Assembly: GCA_039803205.1 (NCBI GenBank) | Contig: JBDRYB010000029.1 | Coordinates: 1 to 21,334 of the forward strand | Length of the DNA stretch: 21,334 nucleotides | Source: a candidate division WOR-3 bacterium | GTDB taxonomy: Bacteria > Hydrothermota > Hydrothermia > JBDRYB01 | Direction: 5' to 3' | Shown here: positions 8,128 to 16,897 of the stretch, in pieces | Layout: every line of letters begins with the position of its first letter | How positions within the stretch are numbered: position 1 is the stretch's first letter | Notes under the pieces: generated by a model | Database searches by the model: none | What the model was told of the DNA's origin: nothing | Seen by the model: only the letters and a program-made list of their open reading frames with translations | Position numbers and translations under genes: made by a program

Positions 8128-10173
8128 TCACTCTATCCTGGTTATCCTTCTGCTCAGGGTTCCGCTTTCACACGAGATGACCACGAAGTAGTTGCCGGGT
8201 GAAAGGCCTGACACATCAACCTCAACCGTGTTGACCCCTGCTCTGAAGTCCGTTCTGCCTGTTGTCCAGACAGCCCTTCCTGAGACATCGTATAGGGTGA
8301 GGCTCCCGGACTGGGTGTAGGGGATCATGAAAGAAACTTTTGTTCTATCCCTCGTTATGCTAGGTGAGGGGCCGTATAGGGTGAGAAGCATGCGTTTCCC
8401 ATCAGAACCTATGGCCTCTTCTCTGGTCCCCACTGAGATAGGCTTTGAGACGACTACGAACTGCAGGTAATCGTAGTCGTGGTTCCAGGTGCTCCCGTCG
8501 GTTGAGTATACATTGTTTGATGTGGTGTATATGTCTATGAGGGATGTTGGGAATGTGGTGTCCGGTTCATAGTGGCCGAACCAGAACTTGGCACCGTTGC
8601 CGAACGATATGTTCTCAGCGGAGACATCCCAGATTACCCATTGTCCGCTCTGGGCTGGGATCGTGACCTGGACGGGCCAGGAACGAAGAACCGCGCCGGG
8701 CCTGTTCACATTGTTGGCCCAGAGATAGTATGTCACATTCTTGGTCCTTTGGGTCGTGAGAGGATTATACCACGCTATCCATATCTCCCTCAGGATGCAA
8801 GCGGTCTCAGGAACAGCCTGGGTTGCTTCGTATTCAACGCGATATTGCTGTTGGAAATAATAGTAAGGGGACTGGAAGTAGTCCCTCCCGCCCGGAAGGG
8901 AATCCGGGTCCGGCTTTATCCCGTCAGCCACCTTGAGGGCCCAGGAGGGGTTGACCTTGCCGTAGCCAGTCGTATCATCCCAGCCGAGATACCAGATGTC
9001 CGTTGCCGTTGAATCCAGTATTGCCCTTATCTGGCTGTTCGTGAGGGAGGGGTTTAGTGCCTTCACGAGAGCGGCCACCCCTGATACATGCGGGGTTGCC
9101 ATGGATGTCCCGGACCAGTTCACGGAGTCATAGGCGTTTGGATAAACGGTTGAGAGGACATTCACACCCGGAGCGCACAGCTCAAGCTCCGGACCCCTGT
9201 CTGAGAATGTCGGATAAGCGTCATCGTGGCTTATTGCGCCTATCGCCATGACGGTGCTGTAGCGAGCAGGATAGTCTATGCCGTTATCCGCACCACCATT
9301 TCCAGCAGCCGCAACGAGGAGACACCCAGCGTTCCACGCGTATGTGCAAGCAGATTCAAGCGTGCTGCTTCCAGAGGCACCGCCTAGGCTCATGGAGAGG
9401 ATGTGCGCGCCGTGGTCCGCGGCATCCCTTATGCCGTCAGCGATATCAGTGTAGGTGCCGGTGCCTGATGCATCCAGAACCCTCTCCGCTATGAGCCTTG
9501 AATTTGACACCCCGGCTATGCCAGTGCCGTTGTTTATCACTGCAGCGGCGACCCCAGCGCAGTGGGTCCCGTGGTCCTCGCTAGCGGCTGTCGGATATGG
9601 ATTTGGATCGTTGCTAACCTGATCGTAGCCTATGTATCCGAAGAAGTGCGCGGCCAGATCCGGATGGTCATACTGGACCCCCTGGTCTATTATCGCTATC
9701 ACCACGGTCGTGTTGCCCATTGTCCAGTCCCACGCGTCCCCGATGTTTATGGCCGCAAGAGCCCATTGGTTAGCGAACATGGGGTCGTTTGGGGTAACGC
9801 GCAGAACCCTGGCTATCATGTCAGGCTCCGCGTATAGCACATCCGGGTCCTCAAGCACGGAGTGGATGTAGTTGCTCATGGTAAGAGGATCGTTTGCTGG
9901 CAGTTCCATGACCACGAAGTTCGCGCCCGTCCTGCTCGTGCGAACGAATTTGGCGCCCTTGGCCACGAGGCCCGGTATCTTTGACTCTATGTCCACGCCT
10001 TCCCAGTAGCCAACTACTACCCTGTTGGTGGCATCTTTCCAGTAATTCGGGTCATTTTCGTGGAGGAGAAAATAGTTGGTCGGCACGGGGAGGGCCTTTT
10101 TCATCCCTTTCACAGGTGTTGGGATAGGAACGAGCTCCCTCCCAACGAGCACGATAGCTATTAAATTCAGCAT
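8128..10173 (-). CDS. S8 family (thermitase/subtilisin-like) serine peptidase with propeptide, beta-sandwich domain and T9SS-like C-terminal domain
   Basis: Catalytic motifs IIDQG (Asp), HGTHCAG (His), AAAGN (oxyanion) and GTSMATPHV (Ser). Propeptide ends in YAEPD. CTD motifs LYDVSGR, PGNYFV and RRITRIE. RBS GGGAGGT. Confidence 0.93.
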   Translation of the reverse strand: MLNLIAIVLVGRELVPIPTPVKGMKKALPVPTNYFLLHENDPNYWKDATNRVVVGYWEGVDIESKIPGLVAKGAKFVRTSRTGANFVVMELPANDPLTMSNYIHSVLEDPDVLYAEPDMIARVLRVTPNDPMFANQWALAAINIGDAWDWTMGNTTVVIAIIDQGVQYDHPDLAAHFFGYIGYDQVSNDPNPYPTAASEDHGTHCAGVAAAVINNGTGIAGVSNSRLIAERVLDASGTGTYTDIADGIRDAADHGAHILSMSLGGASGSSTLESACTYAWNAGCLLVAAAGNGGADNGIDYPARYSTVMAIGAISHDDAYPTFSDRGPELELCAPGVNVLSTVYPNAYDSVNWSGTSMATPHVSGVAALVKALNPSLTNSQIRAILDSTATDIWYLGWDDTTGYGKVNPSWALKVADGIKPDPDSLPGGRDYFQSPYYYFQQQYRVEYEATQAVPETACILREIWIAWYNPLTTQRTKNVTYYLWANNVNRPGAVLRSWPVQVTIPAQSGQWVIWDVSAENISFGNGAKFWFGHYEPDTTFPTSLIDIYTTSNNVYSTDGSTWNHDYDYLQFVVVSKPISVGTREEAIGSDGKRMLLTLYGPSPSITRDRTKVSFMIPYTQSGSLTLYDVSGRAVWTTGRTDFRAGVNTVEVDVSGLSPGNYFVVISCESGTLSRRITRIE

Positions 10174-10212
10174 CCTAACACCTCCCTTGTTTCATATGTT
10201 CATTAGGAATAA

Positions 10213-10241
10213 ATTATAAAGGCTCGCGCGTGGACAGTCAA
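10213..10241 (-). promoter_or_regulatory. Near-consensus sigma70 promoter TTGACT-N17-TATAAT for the S8 peptidase
   Basis: AGTCAA at 10236-10241 and ATTATA at 10213-10218 on the + strand. Confidence 0.75.
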
Positions 10242-10251
10242 GGCCGCGCGT

Positions 10252-10791
10252 CTGACCCTTACCCATTTCCTCACCTCTTGAAGATTTCATCAGGGTTATC
10301 CGTGCCCCACATGATAGCTCGCCAGAGCTTCTCTTTATCCACTCGTAACCGGCTCCTCATCCACGCTCACTGATACCGTGAGCCACATGAGGCCTCTGGT
10401 TATGAGCTTCTTGCCCGGCCTGTGGCTTTTGAGCCCACTCCATGCTCCCAGTTTCGCTATGAGAAGGAACACCTTGTTATCAGCCTCAGCTCCCAGGGAG
10501 TAGATGTATCCTCCTGTGAGGGCAGTGATGGATGAGAGAGAGTGTATGCTTTGCCAGGAGCGAACCTGGAAGCTATCTGAACCCAGGCACTCCTTCATGA
10601 ACTTGAAGTAATCCTCAACTGCCCACCTCATAGAGTATATCTCGTATACCCTCATGGCCTCATCAGCATCCCTCACTATTGCATAACGCCTGCTATGTCC
10701 CAAGACTTCCATCAGTGGTGAAGGATATTCAAGGAGTCCTTCCATAGGAGACAAATTATGAGGATTAGGGAAGGTTTTGGGTAAGGGTCAG
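10252..10791 (-). mobile_element. Internally deleted IS4-family (IS50/Tn5-like) element, 540 bp
   Basis: Perfect 14-bp TIRs CTGACCCTTACCCA (10252-10265 and 10778-10791), resembling the IS50 end CTGACTCTTATACAC. Contains a transposase remnant. No target duplication is visible. Confidence 0.85.
10335..10745 (-). pseudogene. Mini IS4-family transposase: short N-terminus fused in frame to the YREK helix and C-terminal dimerisation-like region
   Basis: YSMRWAVEDYFKFMK is the IS4 Y-2-R-3-E-6-K signature. AKLGAWSG..PGKKLITRG resembles the Tn5-type C-terminus. The first two catalytic Asp regions are absent. Confidence 0.8.
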
Positions 10792-10848
10792 ATACCAGAA
10801 GTTGCAAAGATCACCGCGGCCCCCCATCCCTGAGCTTGGAGCAGATAA

Positions 10849-11223
10849 CTAAACCTCAAGCCTATCCCCTGTGTCCAGATAATACTGAAGGATACGGGCG
10901 GCCGAAACCGCGTCTGAGACCAAACCTTGAGATGTCCCCCACTCGTCAACCGCGAGAACAGGCACCTCTAGCGCGTCCCTCAATTTCTCTATGAAATCCC
11001 TCACCTCCTTGCACCTTTTGCTCTCGCGATCGTCCCACCTCAGAGGATAACCAACTACGACCATCTCAGCCCCCTCGCGCGCGATTATCTCCTTTATCTT
11101 TTGGATTGGGTCTGAGTTCCTCGCGTTCAGAACAGTCAAGGGCCTCGCTATGACGCCTATGGGATCGGATATCGCAACCCCTATTCTGGCCCTTCCCCAA
11201 TCAATTCCAAGTATCTTTGGCAA
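10849..11223 (-). CDS. ruvX: YqgF/RuvX family pre-16S rRNA nuclease (putative Holliday junction resolvase)
   Basis: ILGIDWGRARIGVAISD, VVVGYP, VDE and DAVSAARILQ motifs. TTG start at 11223 with GGAGG 8 nt upstream, overlapping the ROK gene end. Confidence 0.9.
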   Translation of the reverse strand: MPKILGIDWGRARIGVAISDPIGVIARPLTVLNARNSDPIQKIKEIIAREGAEMVVVGYPLRWDDRESKRCKEVRDFIEKLRDALEVPVLAVDEWGTSQGLVSDAVSAARILQYYLDTGDRLEV

Positions 11224-12025
11224 GAAAATAGCCTCCCCACAGGGCCGCCTCATCTCCGAGGGCCGAGCAGATGAGCCGCGTGTTCCTCTTCTCCCATCCA
11301 ACTACCTGGCCTGTGATCGCGCTCTCAGTCGCTTCGCGGAACATATCGTATGCCTTGGATATTCCACCGCCCAGGATCACGGCCTCAGGATCTAGGATGT
11401 TTATCAGGTTAGCGATGCCTATACCCAGCCAATCCCCGTAGAATTTCCAGGCATCTGCATCGCCTGCCTCAAAGGCCTCCTTTGCGCCTCCGTATCCGAA
11501 CCTTTGAGAGAAGGCATTTTCGCCTATCATGGCCTCAAGGCAACCGCGCCCCCCACAGTTGCACGCCGGGCCGTCCGGATCAACAACGATGTGACCGGGC
11601 TCAAGGGCAAAACCCGCGCCGCGGTATATTCTCCCATCAATAACCAGGCCGCCGCCTATGCCTGTCCCAAGGGTGAGGCCGAGAACGATCCTGAACCCCT
11701 GGCCAGCCCCGGCTCTCGCTTCGCCAAGCGTAAAAAGATTGGCGTCATTATCAAGAACGACCAAAGCACCTGTCTCTTCCTGGATGAGATCAGCCAACGG
11801 AAATCCTTGGTATTTCGGAAGGTTTGGCGAGAACGCTATCCTTCCCTTGTGAGCGAACCCAGCGAATGCCACGGCTACAGCCGATGGAGATGTCTTACTA
11901 AGCGGTTCAAGGATCCTCCGAGGCTCAGAAGGTGTTTCATAACTGCCCGAATCCGAGACCCGGCCGTCCCGGAAAATTGCCCACTTGGTCCTATGGCCGC
12001 CAATATCAAGAGCAAGGGTTTCCAA
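11201..12025 (-). CDS. ROK family sugar kinase (glucokinase-like)
   Basis: LDIGGH, DNDAN, GTGIGGG, EPGH and CNCGGRGCLE zinc motif, LGGG. No N-terminal HTH. TTG start overlaps the ispE end. Confidence 0.9.
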   Translation of the reverse strand: METLALDIGGHRTKWAIFRDGRVSDSGSYETPSEPRRILEPLSKTSPSAVAVAFAGFAHKGRIAFSPNLPKYQGFPLADLIQEETGALVVLDNDANLFTLGEARAGAGQGFRIVLGLTLGTGIGGGLVIDGRIYRGAGFALEPGHIVVDPDGPACNCGGRGCLEAMIGENAFSQRFGYGGAKEAFEAGDADAWKFYGDWLGIGIANLINILDPEAVILGGGISKAYDMFREATESAITGQVVGWEKRNTRLICSALGDEAALWGGYFLAKDTWN

Positions 12026-12842
12026 TTTGGCCCCCTATGGTTGTCGCGACCCACTTCCCCCCTAGCTCAGGCAGTTCCGGCGCTGGGGAATCCTCTGGGA
12101 AAAGCCCGTATACAACCCCCCCTGAACCCGAGAGCAGGGCAATCTTTGCCCCTGCCCCGAGAAGAGCCTCCCTTGCTTCTGCCAGCTTTGGCCTTTGCCT
12201 CATGATAACCCGTTCAAAGGAATTGAAAGCCCAACGCGACAGTTCATCAAGATCCCCCCTCTCAACTGCCTCGCAGAGCTTGGACGCGGCTCGTTCTGCT
12301 TCCCCCCTGTCCTCGTATGTTCCAGATTCCCTAAGAAGCCCGTAGGCCCAACCCGTATCAACGCCCTTACAAGGAATAAACAGCACCAGTTTCGCGCTCA
12401 AATTTGACCTGAGCGGCGTGATGAGCTCTCCCCTGCCCCGTGCCAGGGCTGAGACCAGGCCAGAGGCGAAAAATGGCACATCAGAGCCTATTCTGGCCCC
12501 TATCTTTATCAGATCCTCATCCGAAAGACTGCCTCTTATAGCCCTCATCACAGCTCCCGCATCCGCTGATCCTCCACCGAGGCCTCCGCCCACCGGTATT
12601 CCCTTCTTTATCCTTATGGTGATGTTGGTTCTTCCCATTACCTCAGCCGCTTTCCAAGCGAGGTTCTCCGGCCCAGCCGGGCAAGCGTCGCACTCAACGG
12701 ATAGGGTAGGAGAGGGCTCTATCGTTATCTTGTCAGAGAGGTTAATGAGGTGGAGGACGGTGATTATCTCGTGATACCCGTCATCCCTTTGGCCGATGAC
12801 CCAAAGCCCGAGGTTTATCTTGGCTAGGGCCCTAGTTTCCAT
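12006..12842 (-). CDS. ispE: 4-(cytidine 5'-diphospho)-2-C-methyl-D-erythritol kinase
   Basis: AKINLGL, DGYHEI, IPVGGGLGGGSADA, GSDVPFF and LSGSG motifs. Confidence 0.95.
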   Translation of the reverse strand: METRALAKINLGLWVIGQRDDGYHEIITVLHLINLSDKITIEPSPTLSVECDACPAGPENLAWKAAEVMGRTNITIRIKKGIPVGGGLGGGSADAGAVMRAIRGSLSDEDLIKIGARIGSDVPFFASGLVSALARGRGELITPLRSNLSAKLVLFIPCKGVDTGWAYGLLRESGTYEDRGEAERAASKLCEAVERGDLDELSRWAFNSFERVIMRQRPKLAEAREALLGAGAKIALLSGSGGVVYGLFPEDSPAPELPELGGKWVATTIGGQIGNPCS

Positions 12843-12878
12843 ATCCCGGTCAACTCATTTTGCCCGGAAATTTTGTTA

Positions 12879-14927
12879 TCACCAAGGCATGAACCCGTTA
12901 ACGAAGACGATGAATGGCGTGAAGACCAAGGAGGCTATGGCCATAAGCTTGAGGAGGATGTTGAGCGATGGTCCAGCTGTGTCCTTGAAGGGGTCTCCGA
13001 CCGTGTCCCCCTCAACCGATGCCTTGTGGGGTTTGGAGCCCTTGCCCCCGAGGTTACCGGCCTCAATCCACTTCTTGGCGTTGTCCCATGCGGCGCCTGA
13101 GTTTGCCATGAAGACAGCAAGAGGAACCCCGGTTATCAGAGACCCAGCGAGGAATCCGCCGAGGGCCTCTAGCCCGAAGAGGGAGCCTATTACTATTGGG
13201 GATAAGAAAGCGATTATGCCCGGAAGGAGCATCTCCCTTATGGCTCCACGGGTGGTTATATCAACCGCTCGGGCATAGTCAGCCTTTGCCCCTGGCTTAC
13301 CCTCAAGGAGGCCCGGTATCTCTTTCCACTGACGACGAACCTCCTCAACAACCCTCTGCGCTGTCCTGCCGACCGCCCTTATCGCGGATGCGGCGAAGAA
13401 GAAGGGCACTATTCCGCCCATGAAGAGCCCGGCTATCACCCACGGGTTCAGGATGTTAAGGACAAGTTCTCCTTTACCTCCTGAGTGCGCGAAAGCGGAG
13501 AACAGCGCGAGCGCGGTCAATGCGGCAGAGCCTATTGCGAACCCTTTCCCGATCGCCGCGGTCGTGTTCCCGGCCGCATCAAGGGAGTCCGTTATCCTTC
13601 TGACATCCTTGCCAAGTCCTGCCATCTCTGCTATGCCGCCAGCATTGTCGGCAACGGGACCATAAGCATCAACAGCAACGGTTATTCCAGTTATGGATAG
13701 CATACCTATCCCCGAGAGGGCTATTCCGTAAAATCCGGAGAGGCCAGAGGCTTCTCCGGCCCAGAAGGCTACAACTATCGTAATCGCTATAAAAAGAAGG
13801 GGAAGAACCGTGCTCAGCATTCCTGTCGCTATTCCCTCAAGGATGTTGGTCGCGACGCCGGACTCGGCGGCCCGGGCGATGAGCTGTATCCTCCTACCGG
13901 TTGAGTAGAACTCAGCGACATAGCCTATGATGACCCCTGAGGCGAGGCCGAGGAGAACAGGGAGGAATATCCTCAGATCCATTCCAAGGAACCAAACCGC
14001 GAGGAAAGCGCCTACCGCGAACAGTATGGCTGTTCCGAGGATACCTGTGGTCAGGGCCCTCTCAGGCCTTCCGCCCTTGAAGGCCTTTATGAAGAATATG
14101 CCCAGTATTGAAGCCGCTATGCCTATGCCGGAAAGCCAAAACGCGAGCGCGATACCATCGGGCCTCCCCACAACCGCGGCTATCACTAGAGCGGAAAGTA
14201 TTGAACCGACATATGACTCGTAGAGGTCTGCGCCCATTCCAGCGCAATCCCCCACATTGTCCCCGACATTGTCCGCTATAACCGCTGGGTTTCTCGGATC
14301 GTCCTCCGGTATTCCAGCCTCAACCTTTCCGACCAGGTCAGCGCCGACATCAGCCGCTTTGGTGTATATTCCTCCGCCCACCCTGGCGAAAAGCGCTACC
14401 GAGGACGCGCCCATTGAGAATCCAGCGAGGACAGAGGTCGTGAGAACCGGATCCTCGGTTAGGGTGTAGAATATCGCATAAAGCCCAGCAAGGCCCATGA
14501 GCCCAAGTCCAACAACCGCCAGGCCCATTACCGAGCCCCCAAAGAAAGCAACCGATAGCGCCTCAGCGAAGCTCTTGGTGGCCGCGGTCGCTGTCCTTCC
14601 GTTAGAGCGTGTGTCTATCTGCATTCCGAACCATCCTGCAGTCAGGGAGAGGACTGCCCCGGCGAGATAGGAACAAGAAGTGTATATTGCATAGACGATG
14701 CCCTGTTGCAGATAGAGTCCAACGAGCATGAGTAGGATAACGCCCAAGATGAACCAGGCTATTGTTTTGTATTCCCGCTTTAGGAAAGCCATCGCGCCCT
14801 CGTGTATGTAGCTGGATATCCTTTGAACTGCCTCGTTGCCGGGGTCCTTTCTAAGGACCGTAATAGCCACTATGAGGGCCGCCACTATGGAAGCGGCCCC
14901 GGAGCAAAGCGCTATCCATGTGAACAT
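12879..14927 (-). CDS. hppA: Membrane-integral pyrophosphatase, K+-dependent type, probably Na+-translocating
   Basis: [47 protein letters not shown] (Ala at the K+-dependence site) and [20 protein letters not shown]. Confidence 0.95.
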   Translation of the reverse strand: MFTWIALCSGAASIVAALIVAITVLRKDPGNEAVQRISSYIHEGAMAFLKREYKTIAWFILGVILLMLVGLYLQQGIVYAIYTSCSYLAGAVLSLTAGWFGMQIDTRSNGRTATAATKSFAEALSVAFFGGSVMGLAVVGLGLMGLAGLYAIFYTLTEDPVLTTSVLAGFSMGASSVALFARVGGGIYTKAADVGADLVGKVEAGIPEDDPRNPAVIADNVGDNVGDCAGMGADLYESYVGSILSALVIAAVVGRPDGIALAFWLSGIGIAASILGIFFIKAFKGGRPERALTTGILGTAILFAVGAFLAVWFLGMDLRIFLPVLLGLASGVIIGYVAEFYSTGRRIQLIARAAESGVATNILEGIATGMLSTVLPLLFIAITIVVAFWAGEASGLSGFYGIALSGIGMLSITGITVAVDAYGPVADNAGGIAEMAGLGKDVRRITDSLDAAGNTTAAIGKGFAIGSAALTALALFSAFAHSGGKGELVLNILNPWVIAGLFMGGIVPFFFAASAIRAVGRTAQRVVEEVRRQWKEIPGLLEGKPGAKADYARAVDITTRGAIREMLLPGIIAFLSPIVIGSLFGLEALGGFLAGSLITGVPLAVFMANSGAAWDNAKKWIEAGNLGGKGSKPHKASVEGDTVGDPFKDTAGPSLNILLKLMAIASLVFTPFIVFVNGFMPW

Positions 14928-14993
14928 CTTTTAACTCCTCCGTAAGAGCGAAAATATTAAAGCATCAGGAGATATTGGTTTCAACCCCGTTTA

Positions 14994-15023
14994 TTGTCCG
15001 GGCCCTCGGCCCCGCGTTAAAAT
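14994..15023 (+). promoter_or_regulatory. Promoter TTGTCC-N18-TAAAAT, leaderless buk transcript
   Basis: TTGTCC 14994-14999, TAAAAT 15018-15023, ATG 15030 six nt later, no SD. Confidence 0.65.
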
Positions 15024-15029
15024 TTCCCC

Positions 15030-16091
15030 ATGCGCATACTCGTTATTAATCCTGGAGGCGCTTCAACGAAGCTCTCGGTCTTTGAAGATGATAAGGAAAT
15101 AGCCTCTGGCGAGGCAGTTCATGACGCGAAGGTCCTAAAGTCCTTCCCGAGGACGGTTGATCAAGCTAGTTTCAGAACAGAGGGAGTGAGGCAATTCCTC
15201 AAAGAAAACGGCATAGATGAGGAGAGCCTTGATGCGGTCGCAGTAAGGGGGGGCGCGTTTCTGCCCATGCCCTCAGGAACATATAGGGTCACCCAGAAGA
15301 TAATAGACCAGGTCCTCAGAGGCGAGGTGATGACGGATCACGCTTCAAACCTCGGGGTCCTGATGGGAGATGAGATAGCCAGGCCCCTCGGAATCCCCTG
15401 TTTCTTCACTGACCCCGTCTGCGTTGATGAGTTCATTCCAGAGTCCAGGCTCTCAGGACATCCTCTCCTTCCCAGGGTCTCGCTTTTTCACGCTCTAAAC
15501 ATAAAGCATGTCATCAGGATAGCGGCAGAACGCTCCGGCAAAAAGCCAGAGGAGATGAATATGGTCGTTTCCCATCTCGGAACAGGAATATCGGTCGTGG
15601 CCTCAAGGAGGGGCAGGGTCATAGATGTCTCAAACGCGAACGACGGGGGGCCTTTCTCGCCGCAAAGGACAGGCGCCCTTCCCGTCACGGGCCTGGTCAA
15701 GCTGTGTTTCTCCGGAAAATACACGGAGAAAGAGGTCATGGCCATGCTCATCAAGGAGGGAGGGGTCTATGCCTATTTGGGGACATATGACTTCAGGGAG
15801 GTCATGGAGAGGATGGACAAAGGGGAGGAGCTCCCTGGCCTGGTTTATCGGGCAATGATAATCCAGATAGCTAAGGAGATGGGTGCTATGGCCTCTGTTC
15901 TGGCTGGCCAGGTTGATCTCCAGGTAATCACTGGCGGAATAGCTTTTAACGAGCGATTCGTGAGCGATCTCAGGGCCTACATTGACTGGATAGGGCCCGT
16001 TATGGTCATCCCTGGGGAGATGGAGATGGAGGCCCTCGCCGCGGCCGCGCTGAGGGTCTTGAGGGGCGAGGAGGAGGCAAGAGAGCTCTGA
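15030..16091 (+). CDS. buk: Butyrate (branched-chain carboxylic acid) kinase
   Basis: ILVINPGGASTK, RGG, HASNLG, DPVCVDE, FHALN, HLGTGISV, GPFSPQR, TGGIA and PGEMEMEALA motifs. Confidence 0.95.
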   Translation: MRILVINPGGASTKLSVFEDDKEIASGEAVHDAKVLKSFPRTVDQASFRTEGVRQFLKENGIDEESLDAVAVRGGAFLPMPSGTYRVTQKIIDQVLRGEVMTDHASNLGVLMGDEIARPLGIPCFFTDPVCVDEFIPESRLSGHPLLPRVSLFHALNIKHVIRIAAERSGKKPEEMNMVVSHLGTGISVVASRRGRVIDVSNANDGGPFSPQRTGALPVTGLVKLCFSGKYTEKEVMAMLIKEGGVYAYLGTYDFREVMERMDKGEELPGLVYRAMIIQIAKEMGAMASVLAGQVDLQVITGGIAFNERFVSDLRAYIDWIGPVMVIPGEMEMEALAAAALRVLRGEEEAREL

Positions 16092-16106
16092 ATCGCGAGC
16101 TCGCGC

Positions 16107-16157
16107 TTGTATCACCACTTCCAGGTGGTTTATAATTGGCCCCCGAAAAGAGAGGTG
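16107..16157 (+). promoter_or_regulatory. Promoter TTGTAT-N18-TATAAT and RBS GAGGTG for the disrupted gene at 16162
   Basis: TTGTAT 16107-16112, TATAAT 16131-16136, GAGGTG 16152-16157, ATG 16162. Confidence 0.7.
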
Positions 16158-16178
16158 AAATATGAATATCTTTATCAT

Positions 16179-16897
16179 GAGCTTGTTGAAAAACTCCCTA
16201 TATTCTCAGCTCTTCCCCTCTAAGGTCGTCGTTCCTGGTCCCTATTCCTCAGGGGCCAGGCCCATCACCGCCTCTCAGGAGAGACCTCCCAAGAGGGTCT
16301 GAGACCCTGAAAACGCTTTTCAACCTTATTCCTTAAATCTCACGCATACAAGAGCTTTGCTCCACGAAACAGGTTCCAGGCTATACCTGAGAGTTGGGAT
16401 TGTAATCTGAACCTCCCAAGCCCCTTCCACCTTGAGCTTGCCAGACCAAACAGGTTCTTGAGATTGCCAAACACTGTCTCAACCCTCGCTCTCTTTCTCA
16501 GTCCCCTCTTCTCAAAGGCTCGTTCAAGGTATTTCATGGCTGATTCAAGTATCCCAGTTCCCTCTATCCTCTCCCTGAACTTTGAGAGGGTTGAATGGTC
16601 AGGAACTGGATCATCCATACCCAAGCCCACGAACCTCATGAAGAGCATGTCCCTCATCAGAACCATTAGAGATTCTCCTATTTCCCTCTCAACTGCCCTC
16701 CAAAGCCCTGTTTCCTGTGCTATTCTGTCAACCCTGAGAAGGGGTTCGTCCTCTCTGACCCTGAGCTCAAGATACATATCCCCGAAGCTTCTCTTTCTAC
16801 TTATTCTTCTGTTGATTGCCATAGCCGGAAGAACCTAAGGTCTATTGAGGCCGAGTTTCAATAAAAGGGGGGTAAAATGTGGTTTTTCAACAGGCTC
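16179..16897 (-). mobile_element. Internally deleted IS1182/IS5-family element, 719 bp
   Basis: 16-bp TIRs GAGCTTGTTGAAAAAC (16179-16194) and GTTTTTCAACAGGCTC (16882-16897), one mismatch. Encloses a transposase remnant. No target duplication. Confidence 0.85.
16340..16822 (-). pseudogene. Mini IS1182/IS5-family transposase (DUF772-like N-terminus fused to the C-terminal helix region)
   Basis: RFVGLGMDDPVPDHSTLSKFR (DUF772-type motif) is joined directly to RARVETVFGNLK...GLGRFRLQ...AWNL. The catalytic core is missing. Confidence 0.82.

Noticed and set aside
11224..11301. Longer N-terminus of ruvX in the ORF track
   Set aside because: It overlaps ROK by 100 nt. The TTG at 11223 has a well-spaced GGAGG and matches the family start.
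11504..12205. 233-aa plus-strand ORF and other antisense ORFs over housekeeping genes
   Set aside because: They lie entirely opposite well-supported genes (ROK, ispE, hppA, uvrA, buk), with no motifs or RBS. Such shadows are expected at this GC content.
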